Source of the DNA: Candidatus Limnocylindrales bacterium
Lineage (GTDB): Bacteria; Chloroflexota; Limnocylindria; Limnocylindrales; CSP1-4
Length of the DNA stretch: 64,000 bases
Assembly (NCBI GenBank): GCA_050010635.1
Contig: JBEKKR010000014.1
Location: forward strand, 2,876-66,875
Direction: 5' to 3'
The notes beneath the pieces are model-generated. The model did not search any database. It saw nothing but the letters and a program-made list of their open reading frames with translations, and had not been told where the DNA came from. This document shows positions 1 through 10,690 of this stretch, piece by piece. The first letter of the stretch is position 1. Every line of letters begins with the position of its first letter. A program made the translations under genes and the position numbers.

Positions 1-237
1 GGGGCCGTTCCGGGGCATCGAGGGGACGGACCGGCGGCATCGGCCGGCGGGCGGCATCTTCGGCGAGCGGCGCACCCGCGGACTCGGCGCGCGCCGGAAT
101 CTGGCTCAGGAGCTCGACGCGAAGTCGCACGGCGAAGGACGGCTCCGGTCGTTCGCGATTGGCGCTTGCCACGCGGGTCAGGCGGCCGGCCTCGGCCAGT
201 TCGGCGGCCAGGGCGTCCAGCTGGGCCAGCTCCGTCA
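1..237 (-). CDS. Possible anti-sigma factor, 5' part only (gene runs off the window start)
   Basis: Reverse-strand ATG at 235-237 lies 4 nt downstream of the ECF sigma stop on the same strand. The translation (MTELAQLDALAAELAEAGRLTRVASANRERPEPSF...) has high GC3 codon usage. Sitting immediately 3' of an ECF sigma is typical for an anti-sigma partner. I recognise no zinc-finger motif. Confidence 0.35.
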
Positions 238-242
238 TCTCA

Positions 243-857
243 CTAGGCGACATCGGCCGACTCCTTGGCGACGGCCAACCGCAGCGCCCGCAGGGCGCGG
301 TGGAGTCGCACGGCCAGGGCCTCGCGAGAGCAGCCGAACACGGCGCACATCTCGGGCACGTCCAGGTCGTCGTAGAAACGGAGCACGAGCACTTCGCGAT
401 GGTTGTTGGACAGCTGCGACAGGGCCCGGCGAAGCTGGTCTCGGTCGAGCGCGGCAGCCATGGCGTCCAGAGCCATGTCGCCCGGCTCCTCGCGGCCCTC
501 GAGCTCGCCCATCGAGACGAAGCGGCGGTCGCGGCGAACGTGATCGACCACGGCGTTGGAGGCCACACGGTAGAGCCAGCCCCCGAACGATTCGTTCCGG
601 AAGTCCGCGCGTCGGACGTTCTCGAGCGCTCGCTGGAAGGTCATGGAGGTGAGGTCCTCCGCCAGACTGCGGTCCTGCACGCGGCGGTAGACGAAGCCAT
701 AGATGCGTGGCAGGTAGAAGTCGTAGAGCTCGGCGAACGCGTCGCACTCGTCGCGCGCTCTGACCACGAGCGCCCGCTCGCGCTCGGCTGCCATTCGAGA
801 AACCCCGTCACGCTCCATAGGCGAACGAACGGTACGGAGTGCCGCCCGTCCGGACAA
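243..857 (-). CDS. ECF-family RNA polymerase sigma-70 factor
   Basis: 204 aa with a region 2 / region 4 pattern (FAELYDFYLPRIYGFVYRRV...REVLVLRFYDDLDVPEMCAVFGCSREALAVRLHRALRAL), typical of sigma-70 ECF subfamily. Confidence 0.9.
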   Translation of the reverse strand: MSGRAALRTVRSPMERDGVSRMAAERERALVVRARDECDAFAELYDFYLPRIYGFVYRRVQDRSLAEDLTSMTFQRALENVRRADFRNESFGGWLYRVASNAVVDHVRRDRRFVSMGELEGREEPGDMALDAMAAALDRDQLRRALSQLSNNHREVLVLRFYDDLDVPEMCAVFGCSREALAVRLHRALRALRLAVAKESADVA

Positions 858-1129
858 TCCACCACCTGTACTGTCCGGTAGTTCCAGTCGATCCCGGACT
901 CCATGTCCCTTCGCTCACAATCGGTCACTCGTTGCGGTTCGTTGTCGCCGCAGCGGCGGTCCATTTCAGGCAGCTCCCGGATGGAGGGGCTTCGGCTTTC
1001 GCCGAAGCCCCTCCATCCCTCCGGCTGGCGCCGGAGCAATTCACCCAGTCCAGCGCCGTCTGCCGGACTGTCGAGGTACCCATGGGGTAGCCTGGGCCCT
1101 CGAGGAAGACTCAGACCGTGCGCGAGCCG

Positions 1130-2638
1130 CTAGGGCCCCGGCGTAGCGGTCGGCGTCGCGGTCGGCACCGGAGTCGGCGTCGGGGTGGGCACCGGCGTTG
1201 GGGTTGGCGTCGGAGAGGGCGGCACCGGGACCGTCACGTCGATGACGTTGGAGACCGCCAGGATCGTGCCTACCGTGCAGGCCGGGACCAGGCTGCTGAA
1301 GGCCTGGTCCGTGTAGGCGTACACGCGGTAGTGGTAGGTGTGCCCGGGGATCAGGTGCGTCGTGTCCGCATAGAAGAGGGTGTTCACGTTGTCGAAGTAG
1401 AACTGGGGCGTCGATCCAAGGGTCAGGACCGGCTGGGTCGAGCCTTCGGTTCGGACGAGGCCGTAGTACTTGAAGTACGGGCCGGAGTACTTGTTCCAGT
1501 AGAGGTGCGCGTTGTCGCCGGCGAGGTAGTAGTTCAGGGTCAGCGAGAGGACCGGCGGAGCTGTGTGAGGGGCGACGGTCAGCTTGAGGACGCTGGTCTT
1601 GGCGGCCGCCCGGGCGCCGTCCGGGTAGTAGACGGCTTCGACGTTGATATTCCAGGTGCCGGGCTCGACTGGGATCGTCGTGCTGGTCGTGCTCGCGCTC
1701 GCGTACGCCCAGTAATGGCCGCCGTTCTCGACGTAGCCGGGCGTGTTCGGGTAGGGCTGGCCGTCCAGCTTGTAGTAGCTGAAGGCGATACCGCCCGTGT
1801 AGGCGTTCCAGCTGAAGGTGTACGTTCCATCGCCGTTGTCCGTGGCGTGGAGGACGCCCAGGTCGGCCGGGTTGGTAACCGGCTGGGAAGGCGCCTTGGT
1901 GGTGGCCGGCGCAACCGTCACCGTCTTGCCGTCGCTTGAGGCCAGCACCGCGTAGCCGGACTCGGACGACTTCACCGCGAAGACCCGGTACGTGAAGGTG
2001 CCGGGGCCGCTGCAGTCGAGGAAGGTGAGGGTGGCCTTGTTGTCGATCGCGGCGACAAGCGTGTCGCCCCCGCCGAGCGGCCACGCGGCGGTGCCGTCGC
2101 TCGAGCGGACGACCTTGTAGTAGGCGAAGTCGGCGCCCGTGTAGGCACTCCAGCTGACCTGGGCCTTGCCGGGCAGAACCTGGACGTTGATCGTCAGCTG
2201 ACCCGCCGTGGGGGCAGTCGTCGGCGCGTCGGTCGGCGCGTCGACGGGGCCGTCGACAGGCGCGTCGGTCGGCGCGTCGGTCGGCGCATCGGTCGGCGCA
2301 TCGGTCGGCTCGAGCGTGGGCTCGTCGGTCGGGTTGTCGTCGCCGACGAGCACGGCCGAGGCGCTCGGCGACGGAGCGACGATGTTCCGAATGACGGTGG
2401 CGCCGAACGCCACGCTCGACACCACGAAGATCGCGGCGATGGCGAAGGGCAGGGCGGCCGGCAGGCGGCGGTGCGAGGTGCCACGGATCGGCGTCAGCGG
2501 CCGAACGAAGTCATCCTCGACCCTTCCGCCGGTGGGCGATGACCGGTAGTCCCGATCTGGTCTGTGGTGGTCCATTCCGCTAGCTCCAACAACTGTGGGT
2601 ATGAGTGCACACGGATGGGGAAGCGATCCGCTTGCCAA
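1130..2638 (-). CDS. Type-II membrane-anchored protein with three fibronectin-III-like repeats, an acidic (PTDA)n linker and a C-terminal Pro/Thr-rich tail
   Basis: A single N-terminal TM segment (LPAALPFAIAAIFVVSSVAFGATVI). Then PTDAPTDAPTDAPTDAPVDGPVDAPTDAPT. Then three repeats sharing the Y-T-G-x-x-F-x-Y-Y-K motif (SAYTGADFAYYKVV / NAYTGGIAFSYYKL / NKYSGPYFKYYGLV). The tail is PTPTPVPTPTPTPVPTATPTATPGP. Start is uncertain (M1 or M22). Confidence 0.7.
   Translation of the reverse strand: MASGSLPHPCALIPTVVGASGMDHHRPDRDYRSSPTGGRVEDDFVRPLTPIRGTSHRRLPAALPFAIAAIFVVSSVAFGATVIRNIVAPSPSASAVLVGDDNPTDEPTLEPTDAPTDAPTDAPTDAPVDGPVDAPTDAPTTAPTAGQLTINVQVLPGKAQVSWSAYTGADFAYYKVVRSSDGTAAWPLGGGDTLVAAIDNKATLTFLDCSGPGTFTYRVFAVKSSESGYAVLASSDGKTVTVAPATTKAPSQPVTNPADLGVLHATDNGDGTYTFSWNAYTGGIAFSYYKLDGQPYPNTPGYVENGGHYWAYASASTTSTTIPVEPGTWNINVEAVYYPDGARAAAKTSVLKLTVAPHTAPPVLSLTLNYYLAGDNAHLYWNKYSGPYFKYYGLVRTEGSTQPVLTLGSTPQFYFDNVNTLFYADTTHLIPGHTYHYRVYAYTDQAFSSLVPACTVGTILAVSNVIDVTVPVPPSPTPTPTPVPTPTPTPVPTATPTATPGP
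2215..2312. repeat. In-frame 12-bp tandem repeat (GTCGGCGCGTCG / GTCGGCGCATCG, ~7-8 units) encoding the (PTDA)n linker of the FN3-like protein
   Basis: Directly visible periodicity gtcggcgcgtcggtcggcgcgtcgacggggccgtcgacaggcgcgtcggtcggcgcgtcggtcggcgcatcggtcggcgcatcggtcgg. Confidence 0.8.
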
Positions 2639-2806
2639 CAGAACGTCGCAGGCCGGTCACTATTACAGGCGGTGCCCGGATTCAACGAAAGTCGAGGCCG
2701 GGGCCCACGTTTGACACCCGGGCGGGCGGGAGGCCATGCTCGGCAGGACCAGCGCGGCCGTGATCGATCCCGCGGCCGTGGCAATGCCATCCGATCGGGG
2801 TAGCAG

Positions 2807-3505
2807 ATGATTCGCCGTTCCAGCGCCACGTTGTCCACGTTGCTCGGTGCCGCCCTGACGATCGTCTTCGTGGCGGGCTGCGGCAGCGCGACGGCGACGC
2901 CGGTGCCGACACGCACGGCAATTCCGGCCATCTCGACGTCGGCTGGGCCAGGCACCTCGGGTTCGGCTGCCGCATCCGGGTCGCCAGGGGCATCCGAGTC
3001 GGCGGCTGCCACCTGCGACTCGTCACTCAGCGGCGGGCAACATGTGTCCGTTGCGCTCGAGGATCTACTGCCGTCCACGATCGGTGGCGTGTGCCTGGAG
3101 AAGTTCAGTCTTGTCCTCTCCGCCTATATCGCGTCGCCACCGACCGGCGGCGACAAGCCTCTCTACGCTCCCTGGCTGGTGAAGTTCGGCAAGACCCCGG
3201 ACGACGTGAACATGGCGGTGACGGCGGACCTGTCGCAGCCGCCGCAGATCAACTTCAACATCCACGCGATCGAGGTCCCCGGCGTGGCCGCCGCGACGTT
3301 AAGCTCCTCTTTTGCAGAGGTCGCCCGCGCCGCCGGGTGGCCGGTCACGAGCCACCCGAACTACCTGCCCGGCAAGTCGATCCTGGAGATCACAGACCCG
3401 GCCACGGGGCACCTCGGCTACGTGTACGCCAGTGGCAACGTGCTCTACATCGTCATCACAGACGGCCAAGACCTCCTGAACGAGGCGCTGTACAAGTTGC
3501 CCTGA
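2807..3505 (+). CDS. Putative secreted lipoprotein (hypothetical)
   Basis: Signal peptide with lipobox (LTIVFVAGC followed by GSATATP), a Ser/Ala/Gly-rich linker, then a globular domain. No recognisable family. Confidence 0.6.
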   Translation: MIRRSSATLSTLLGAALTIVFVAGCGSATATPVPTRTAIPAISTSAGPGTSGSAAASGSPGASESAAATCDSSLSGGQHVSVALEDLLPSTIGGVCLEKFSLVLSAYIASPPTGGDKPLYAPWLVKFGKTPDDVNMAVTADLSQPPQINFNIHAIEVPGVAAATLSSSFAEVARAAGWPVTSHPNYLPGKSILEITDPATGHLGYVYASGNVLYIVITDGQDLLNEALYKLP

Positions 3506-3575
3506 CCGCGCGTCGCACCCGGGATCGGCGAGTCGAGCGCCGCAGATCCACGGCGGCCGGCCGTACAATCGAGCC

Positions 3576-4805
<1,230 letters not shown>

Positions 4806-4811
4806 CCGCGC

Positions 4812-5801
4812 ATGAGCGGCGGAGCGGGGTCCGCGGCCGGCGGCCCGGTCCCCGCGGCCATCGAGACACGCGAGCTGCGCAAGGAGTTCGGGCGGATCGT
4901 CGCCCTGGCCGGGCTGACCATGACGGTGCCGCGGGGTGAGGTCTTCGGCTTCCTCGGTCCGAACGGGGCCGGCAAGACCACGGCCGTGAAGCTTCTCCTG
5001 GGCCTGTCGCGGCCGACGGCCGGCCACGGACGGGTCCTGGGGGCGGGGATCGGCGACGTCGCGACGCGCCGCCGCATCGGCTACCTGCCGGAGCTGTTCC
5101 GCTACCAGGGCTGGATGACGGCCCGCGAAGTGCTCGCCCTCCATTGCGAGCTGGCCCGCCTGCCCCGAGCCGATTGGGCCGCGGAGATTCGGGCCGTCCT
5201 GGAGCTGGTCGGCCTCGCTGCCCGGGCCGAGGGTCGAACTGAGACCTTCTCGAAGGGGATGCAGCAGCGGCTGGGTCTGGCCGTCGCGCTGCTCGGCCGG
5301 CCCGACCTGGTGGTCCTCGACGAACCGACCTCGGCCCTCGATCCGGTGGGCCGCCAGGACGTCCGCGCCATCATCGGCGCGCTTCGCGACCGGGGCACGA
5401 CCGTCTTCCTGAATTCGCATCTCCTGACGGAGGTCGAGCGGGTCTGCGATCGCGTCGCGATCGTGGACCGCGGCCGCGTGGTCGCCGAGTTGCGCATGGC
5501 CGAGCTGACGCGGGAGAGCGGCGTCGGCATACGCGTCACCGGCCCGGACGGCGTCGCTCGGGAAGTCGCGGCGCGCTACGGTCCCACCCGCGTCGACGGA
5601 GAGTGGCTCTTCGTGGACGGCATCGCCGAGGCGGAGGTGCCGGCCCTGGTCGGCGCGCTGGTGGCGAGCGGCGGGGCGATCCACGCCGTCGTGCCGACGC
5701 GGCAGACGCTGGAGGAGCGGTTCATGTCGCTCCTGGGGGCGCCGCCGGAAGACCCGAACGAGTACGAGACGGCCTCGGTCGGACGCGAGACCGAACAGTG
5801 A
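4812..5801 (+). CDS. ABC transporter ATP-binding protein
   Basis: Walker A GPNGAGKTT, signature and Walker B (LSKGMQQRLGLAVALLGRPDLVVLDEPTSALD), and an extended C-terminal domain. Confidence 0.9.
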   Translation: MSGGAGSAAGGPVPAAIETRELRKEFGRIVALAGLTMTVPRGEVFGFLGPNGAGKTTAVKLLLGLSRPTAGHGRVLGAGIGDVATRRRIGYLPELFRYQGWMTAREVLALHCELARLPRADWAAEIRAVLELVGLAARAEGRTETFSKGMQQRLGLAVALLGRPDLVVLDEPTSALDPVGRQDVRAIIGALRDRGTTVFLNSHLLTEVERVCDRVAIVDRGRVVAELRMAELTRESGVGIRVTGPDGVAREVAARYGPTRVDGEWLFVDGIAEAEVPALVGALVASGGAIHAVVPTRQTLEERFMSLLGAPPEDPNEYETASVGRETEQ

Positions 5802-6655
5802 CCACCATCGAGGCAATCCTGATCATCGCCCGTCTCACGCTCCGTGAGGCGTTCAGGCGGCGCCTGCTGTGGGTCCTGGTCGGCCTGACGGCGCTCGTCG
5901 TCGGGCTGACGTGGTGGGCGTTCTCACGCATTGCCGAGGTCACGCCCATCACCGGGGCGGTCCAGATACTCGGCGTGTCCCAGGTCACCGTAATGCTGGC
6001 CTTCATGTTCAGCTTCGTCCTGGCGATGACGGCCGTCTTCGCGGGAGCGCCGGCGATCGGCCCCGACATCGAGAACGGGCTCCTCCTCGCCATGCTGGCC
6101 CGGCCCATCCGCCGCGCCGAGGTGATGCTCGGCCGCTGGCTCGGCCTGGCCGTCGTCCTGGTCGTCTACGCCCTCGCGGCCGGCTACCTGGAGCTGGCGG
6201 CCGTCGTGCTGGCCACTAGCTACGCCCCCGTCGAACCGCTGACGGCGCCCCTGTACCTGGCCGGGGAGTCCCTGATCCTCCTGACGCTCGCGATCGTGCT
6301 GAGCACGCGCATCACATCGGTCGCGGGCGGCGCCATGGCCGTCGTCGGCTACGGGCTGGCCTGGATGGCCGGCGTCATGGGCGTCGTGGGCGAGGCCTTC
6401 AACAACGACATCCTCCGGGCCGCCGGCACGCTGGCCCGGCTGATCCTCCCGAGCGACGTCCTGTGGAGAGGGTGCGCGGGCGCCCTGTCGCCATCCGAGA
6501 GGGTGCTCGGGTCGGCCGGCGTCAACGCCGGGATCTACCGCTTCAGTCCGTTCTCCGGGACCGCGCCGAGCCTGCTCTGGCTGGCCTGGTGCCTCGTCTG
6601 GGTCGCAGGCGCGATGTCGATCGGGATCTTCCTGCTCCGCCGCCGCGAGTTGTAG
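5798..6655 (+). CDS. ABC-2 type transporter permease
   Basis: Polytopic hydrophobic protein. GTG start overlaps the ATPase stop (GTGA). The six-frame ORF from 5603 is an upstream over-extension. Confidence 0.7.
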   Translation: MTTIEAILIIARLTLREAFRRRLLWVLVGLTALVVGLTWWAFSRIAEVTPITGAVQILGVSQVTVMLAFMFSFVLAMTAVFAGAPAIGPDIENGLLLAMLARPIRRAEVMLGRWLGLAVVLVVYALAAGYLELAAVVLATSYAPVEPLTAPLYLAGESLILLTLAIVLSTRITSVAGGAMAVVGYGLAWMAGVMGVVGEAFNNDILRAAGTLARLILPSDVLWRGCAGALSPSERVLGSAGVNAGIYRFSPFSGTAPSLLWLAWCLVWVAGAMSIGIFLLRRREL

Positions 6656-6681
6656 GCGGCGGATCGGCCGGCTGGCGGCGA

Positions 6682-7899
6682 CTACTTGTAGATCTCCCAG
6701 ATGTAGCCGTAGCAGACGAACGCAACGCTGAGAGCGATCAGGGCCTTCTCCAGGTTGCCGAAACGATCCCGCAGGGCGATGGCAACCAACGGCACCAGGA
6801 ACGGCACGAAGTCCATGGCGTAGCGGTAGCCGTAGGTGTTGGCGCCGCCGCCGCCGTAGTAGAGGAACACCGGCACGGCGGTCACGATGACGGCCCCCCA
6901 GAGGACCAGGTTGAGCCGCTCGCGAAGGCTCGCCCCCACGGCTATCAACAGAGCTGGCATGGTGAGCAGGATCGATTGGCCCTGGTTGCTGGGCACCAGC
7001 CAGGGGAAGGCATCCCGGATCGAGTAGCCGCCGCCGAGGAAGAGCGCCAGGTTGGTGGGCACGTGGGTCGTCGAGAAGAGGCCCTGATCTCGCAACGCCT
7101 GAAGTGGCGGCGTCAGCCAGGCGATGGTGTAGCCGGTCTCCGTCGGAGAGCCGAACCGGACCCAGTCCCACCACCCGGTGACCGCCACCGCGGCTAGCAG
7201 CGGCACGGCGAAGGCCACGGAGACCCTGACGCGGTCCTTGGCTTCCGCCAGCAGGGCCAGACCGAACGGCACGGCCACCAGGATCAGCGTCGGCCGGGCC
7301 AACGCGGCAAGGCCGATCAACAGGCCTATGGCCCAGGGCCGGCGCCGGTCGTGCCACTCGATCAAGGCGAGGAAGGTGAGGAGCACCGCCTCGAGATGGG
7401 CGAGGTAGTAGAAGTCGCCCTCGATGGTGAGGGTGAAGAGCAGCGTCCCAAAGGCACCGAAGGCGGCGAGCCAGTAGCTGACCGCCCCGCCGGGCCCGTA
7501 CCTGCGCGCCAGCGGCAGCGCCAGGCAGCCCCCCAGGATGCCGATGACCCCCGAGACGATCCAGCGTGAGAACGGCCAGAGGACCTGGAAGGGCACCAGG
7601 GGCAGGTACGGGATCGTGGGCAACAGGCTCATCGCCTGGTAGTTGCGGCCGTCGATGGTGACGATGTCGTTGATCGTGGTCAGCGAGCTGAGATCGGAGT
7701 GGCCGGACCACATGCCGGCGGCCAGGATCATCATGTGGTCCGGGCCCCAGCTGGAGGCCTGGCTGCGGACGAAGGTCGCGCCCCCGTAGGCGAAGGCGAC
7801 CAGCAGCATCCAGGCAATCGCGGCGGGATCGTCGCGCAGCTGCGCCGCTCGGTCGCGTACCCACTCCGGTCGGCCGCGAACCCACTCCAGAGCCCTCAC
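6682..7899 (-). CDS. GT-C fold membrane glycosyltransferase (ArnT/PMT/YfhO-like, family not assigned)
   Basis: 405 aa, ~10 predicted TM helices with a periplasmic loop near the N-terminus. Divergently arranged with a GT2 polyprenyl-phosphate glycosyltransferase and a flippase-like protein. Confidence 0.6.
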   Translation of the reverse strand: MRALEWVRGRPEWVRDRAAQLRDDPAAIAWMLLVAFAYGGATFVRSQASSWGPDHMMILAAGMWSGHSDLSSLTTINDIVTIDGRNYQAMSLLPTIPYLPLVPFQVLWPFSRWIVSGVIGILGGCLALPLARRYGPGGAVSYWLAAFGAFGTLLFTLTIEGDFYYLAHLEAVLLTFLALIEWHDRRRPWAIGLLIGLAALARPTLILVAVPFGLALLAEAKDRVRVSVAFAVPLLAAVAVTGWWDWVRFGSPTETGYTIAWLTPPLQALRDQGLFSTTHVPTNLALFLGGGYSIRDAFPWLVPSNQGQSILLTMPALLIAVGASLRERLNLVLWGAVIVTAVPVFLYYGGGGANTYGYRYAMDFVPFLVPLVAIALRDRFGNLEKALIALSVAFVCYGYIWEIYK

Positions 7900-8027
7900 G
7901 GGACCTCCCTCACCGGGCGCAGTTTGCTGGACAAAGATCGGCCGATGCTAGCACCGCCGTGCCCGGCAGTATCGATGCCCTCGATCAGGCCGGATCGACA
8001 GACGGTCGTTTCCGGTAGGCTAGCGCG

Positions 8028-8840
8028 GTGTCGGAAAGGAAGCAGAAGTCGCCAGCCAGCCACGATCCGGCGGCCGCTCCGGCCGAGGGGGCGCGGAAGC
8101 GCGTCGTCGTGGTGATGCCTGCCTACAACGCCGCCCGGACGCTGGAACGGACGTACAGCGACATCCCGCACGAGATCGTCGACAGGATCATCCTCGTGGA
8201 CGACGTCTCCAGGGACCAGACCGTCGCGATCGCCCGTCAGCTCGGCCTGGACGTGATCATCCATCGCCAGAACCTCGGCTACGGCGGCAATCAGAAGACG
8301 TGCTACGACGCCGCCCTCGAGGCCGGCGCCGACGCTGTTGTGATGCTCCACCCGGACTACCAGTACGACGCCACCCGCATCCCCGATCTCGTGGAGCCGA
8401 TCCTGAGCGGGACGAAGGACCTGATGCTGGGCAGTCGCTTCCTCGGCGATCCGCTCGCCGGCGGGATGCCGCGCTGGAAGTACGTCAGCAACCGCTTCCT
8501 GACGGGCATCGAGAACCTCATCTTCGGCCTGCACCTGTCTGAGTACCACACCGGGTTTCGGGCCTACAGCCGCGCTCTGCTGGAGTCGATCCCCTACCGC
8601 CTCAACAGCGACGACTTCGTGTTCGACCAGGAGCTGGTGGCCCAGGCCGTGGCGAGCCACATGAGGATCGGTGAGATCGCGGTGCCAACTCGCTATTTCG
8701 AGGAGGCCAGCTCGGTCGGCTTCCGCCGCAGTGTGGTCTACGGCCTCTCGACTCTGCGGGTCGTGGCGCGTTTCCTGCTGCACCGGATGCGACTCCGGCG
8801 CTCCCGGAAGCTGGCCAGCCGGAAGCCGACGACTCGGTGA
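8028..8840 (+). CDS. GT2 family glycosyltransferase, polyprenol-phosphate sugar synthase type (DPM1/GtrB/ArnC-like)
   Basis: VVVVMPAYNAARTLE...ILVDDVSRDQTVAIA...GYGGNQKTCY...HPDYQYDATR, the classic GT-A DxD-containing GT2 signature. Confidence 0.85.
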   Translation: MSERKQKSPASHDPAAAPAEGARKRVVVVMPAYNAARTLERTYSDIPHEIVDRIILVDDVSRDQTVAIARQLGLDVIIHRQNLGYGGNQKTCYDAALEAGADAVVMLHPDYQYDATRIPDLVEPILSGTKDLMLGSRFLGDPLAGGMPRWKYVSNRFLTGIENLIFGLHLSEYHTGFRAYSRALLESIPYRLNSDDFVFDQELVAQAVASHMRIGEIAVPTRYFEEASSVGFRRSVVYGLSTLRVVARFLLHRMRLRRSRKLASRKPTTR

Positions 8841-9844
8841 GACGCCTGACGACAAACCTGGCGCGGAGCGGAATCGGAATCCTGATATCCCTGGTCTGCG
8901 TCTACCTGGCCCTCCGCGGGGTGGACCTGGGCGAGACGGCCCGGCTGCTCGGCGGCGCCCGACTCCCCTGGCTCTGCCTCGGCGTCGCGGGGGTGACGGC
9001 CGACCTGGCCTTCCGGGCCGTCCGCTGGCAGCGCCTGATCGCACCGATCCGGCCCGTCCCGCTCCGACGTCTGTCCGGCTACATGCTCGTGGGCTACCTG
9101 GCCAACAACGTCCTGCCGGCTCGCCTGGGTGAGCTGGTCCGGAGCCACTACCTGGGCGACCGCGAGGGGATCAGTCGCAGCGCCACCCTCGGCACGGTCA
9201 TCGTCGAGCGGGTCGTGGACACGGTCGTTCTCGTCGGCATCGGCGCCGCGGCCATCCTCGTCCTGAACGTCAGAGGAGTGGTGGTGAGCGCGATTCTCGT
9301 CGGGGTGGCGCTGGCCGGCCTGCTCGTCGTGGCCCTGGCGGCCGCCCTCGCCGCTCACCGTCTCCCGGGGGCCGGCCGGCTCGCCGCCTTCCTGGGCCGC
9401 TGGCCGCGCCTCAAAGGCACCGTCCTGCGGCTGCGCGACGGTCTGCGGGTCGCCGCCCTGCCGGGGACGATCGCCGCATCGGCGGTTCTGAGCGTGGCGG
9501 CCTGGAGCTGCACCGTCGTGGCCGTGCTGGCCGTCGGCCAGGCCCTCGGCATCGAGCTCACCGTCGGCGAGGGAGCGCTTCTTGCTGCCGGTATGAACCT
9601 GGCCACGGCCATACCGTCGGGTCCGGGCTACCTGGGCACCTTCGAGTACGCCGGTCAGACGATCGCCCTGGCCTTCGGGCTGCCCGCCCCGAGCGGCCTC
9701 GCACTGGCCCTTCTGACCCACGTCATGACCCTCGTCATCAGCTCGGCCGGCGGTCTCGTCGCCCTGGTCCGATTGGGCTGGACGCGGAGCGCCCGCGCGG
9801 CGAGTGCCGGGATCGCCGAACCTGGGAGCGCCGCCGGCGCCTAA
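8837..9844 (+). CDS. Flippase-like domain protein (lysylphosphatidylglycerol-synthase TM-region / UPF0104 family)
   Basis: 8-TM protein with LALRGVDLGE...LRAVRWQRLI...YMLVGYLANNVLPARLGELVRSHYL, as in LPG_synthase_TM family proteins that commonly accompany GT2 enzymes. The ATG overlaps the GT2 stop. Confidence 0.75.
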   Translation: MRRLTTNLARSGIGILISLVCVYLALRGVDLGETARLLGGARLPWLCLGVAGVTADLAFRAVRWQRLIAPIRPVPLRRLSGYMLVGYLANNVLPARLGELVRSHYLGDREGISRSATLGTVIVERVVDTVVLVGIGAAAILVLNVRGVVVSAILVGVALAGLLVVALAAALAAHRLPGAGRLAAFLGRWPRLKGTVLRLRDGLRVAALPGTIAASAVLSVAAWSCTVVAVLAVGQALGIELTVGEGALLAAGMNLATAIPSGPGYLGTFEYAGQTIALAFGLPAPSGLALALLTHVMTLVISSAGGLVALVRLGWTRSARAASAGIAEPGSAAGA

Positions 9845-9865
9845 GCAGTTGGCCGGTGGCCGGCC

Positions 9866-10660
9866 GTGGCCGCCCGTGGTGACGTCCGGGCCGTGACGGC
9901 CGCTCTCAACCGGGATATGGTGCTAGTCGCAATGTCGAACGATATGAGCGCCGCCGTTCCGGATGACCAGCGCTGGCTGGCGGGCGTCGCCCGAATCCTC
10001 GCCAACCTGGGTTTCGAGCTCGTGGAGCCCGACCGGTCGCGGGGCGACGAGACCAGCCACCTGCTCGCCGCGCTCCGGCCCAAGCCGACGCTCCAGCACT
10101 ACGACCCCGATTCGATCGACTACTGGATCACCGACGGGAGCCGCGGCCGTGCCGCCGCGCTGGACCGCGAGACGCGTTTCCCGGTGGTCGCCGATTTCGC
10201 CTGGGGCCGGATCACCCTCACCGACCGCGTTGGGGTCAAGAACGAGTTCCTGAGCTTCGGCGGCACGATGAGAGCGCAGATGACCGACGACACCACGGTC
10301 TTGATCGACTTCAGCTCCAATGCCCCGATACTGCGCTGGAGCGGTCACAGCCAGAGCACCGACCCGCTGGCCGCCGAGGTGGGCGCGTTCTTCGCCCGGA
10401 TCAAGGTCCCGATCGACTTCGTCCCCGGAGCGGAGGCGCTCGTCTCTCAGGCTGCGCCGCGGACGTTCTACTGCGCCTTCATCCAGTACGTGCGGGAACG
10501 TTTGAGCGAGGCCCATACCCTGCGCGACGCCAACCGCTGGCTGGCGGAGTGGAGCTCCCGCGAGAGCCAGCGCATGGAGTCCACCGCGAACGACCACTGG
10601 CGCGCGGGCGCCGAGCTGAGGAGGCAGCTGGGCGCAATCGAAACGATCGCTCGCGAGTAG
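9866..10660 (+). CDS. Hypothetical protein
   Basis: 264-aa ORF with genome-typical GC3 bias. No recognisable motif. Start codon uncertain. Confidence 0.5.
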   Translation: MAARGDVRAVTAALNRDMVLVAMSNDMSAAVPDDQRWLAGVARILANLGFELVEPDRSRGDETSHLLAALRPKPTLQHYDPDSIDYWITDGSRGRAAALDRETRFPVVADFAWGRITLTDRVGVKNEFLSFGGTMRAQMTDDTTVLIDFSSNAPILRWSGHSQSTDPLAAEVGAFFARIKVPIDFVPGAEALVSQAAPRTFYCAFIQYVRERLSEAHTLRDANRWLAEWSSRESQRMESTANDHWRAGAELRRQLGAIETIARE

Positions 10661-10690
10661 AACGCGAGGGATGGCGCCCGGCGGGGTCGA

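Noticed and set aside
5603-5797. Upstream 65-codon extension of the ABC-2 permease ORF
   Set aside because: It overlaps the 3' end of the ATPase gene in another frame and is Gly/Arg/Ala low-complexity. A GTG at 5798 overlapping the ATPase stop gives a typical coupled start.
5924-7885. 653-aa minus-strand ORF across the ABC permease and GT-C region
   Set aside because: Arg/Pro/Gly-rich nonsense translation. It overlaps the better-supported permease (plus) and shares the strand, but not the frame, of the GT-C gene. A GC-driven artefact.
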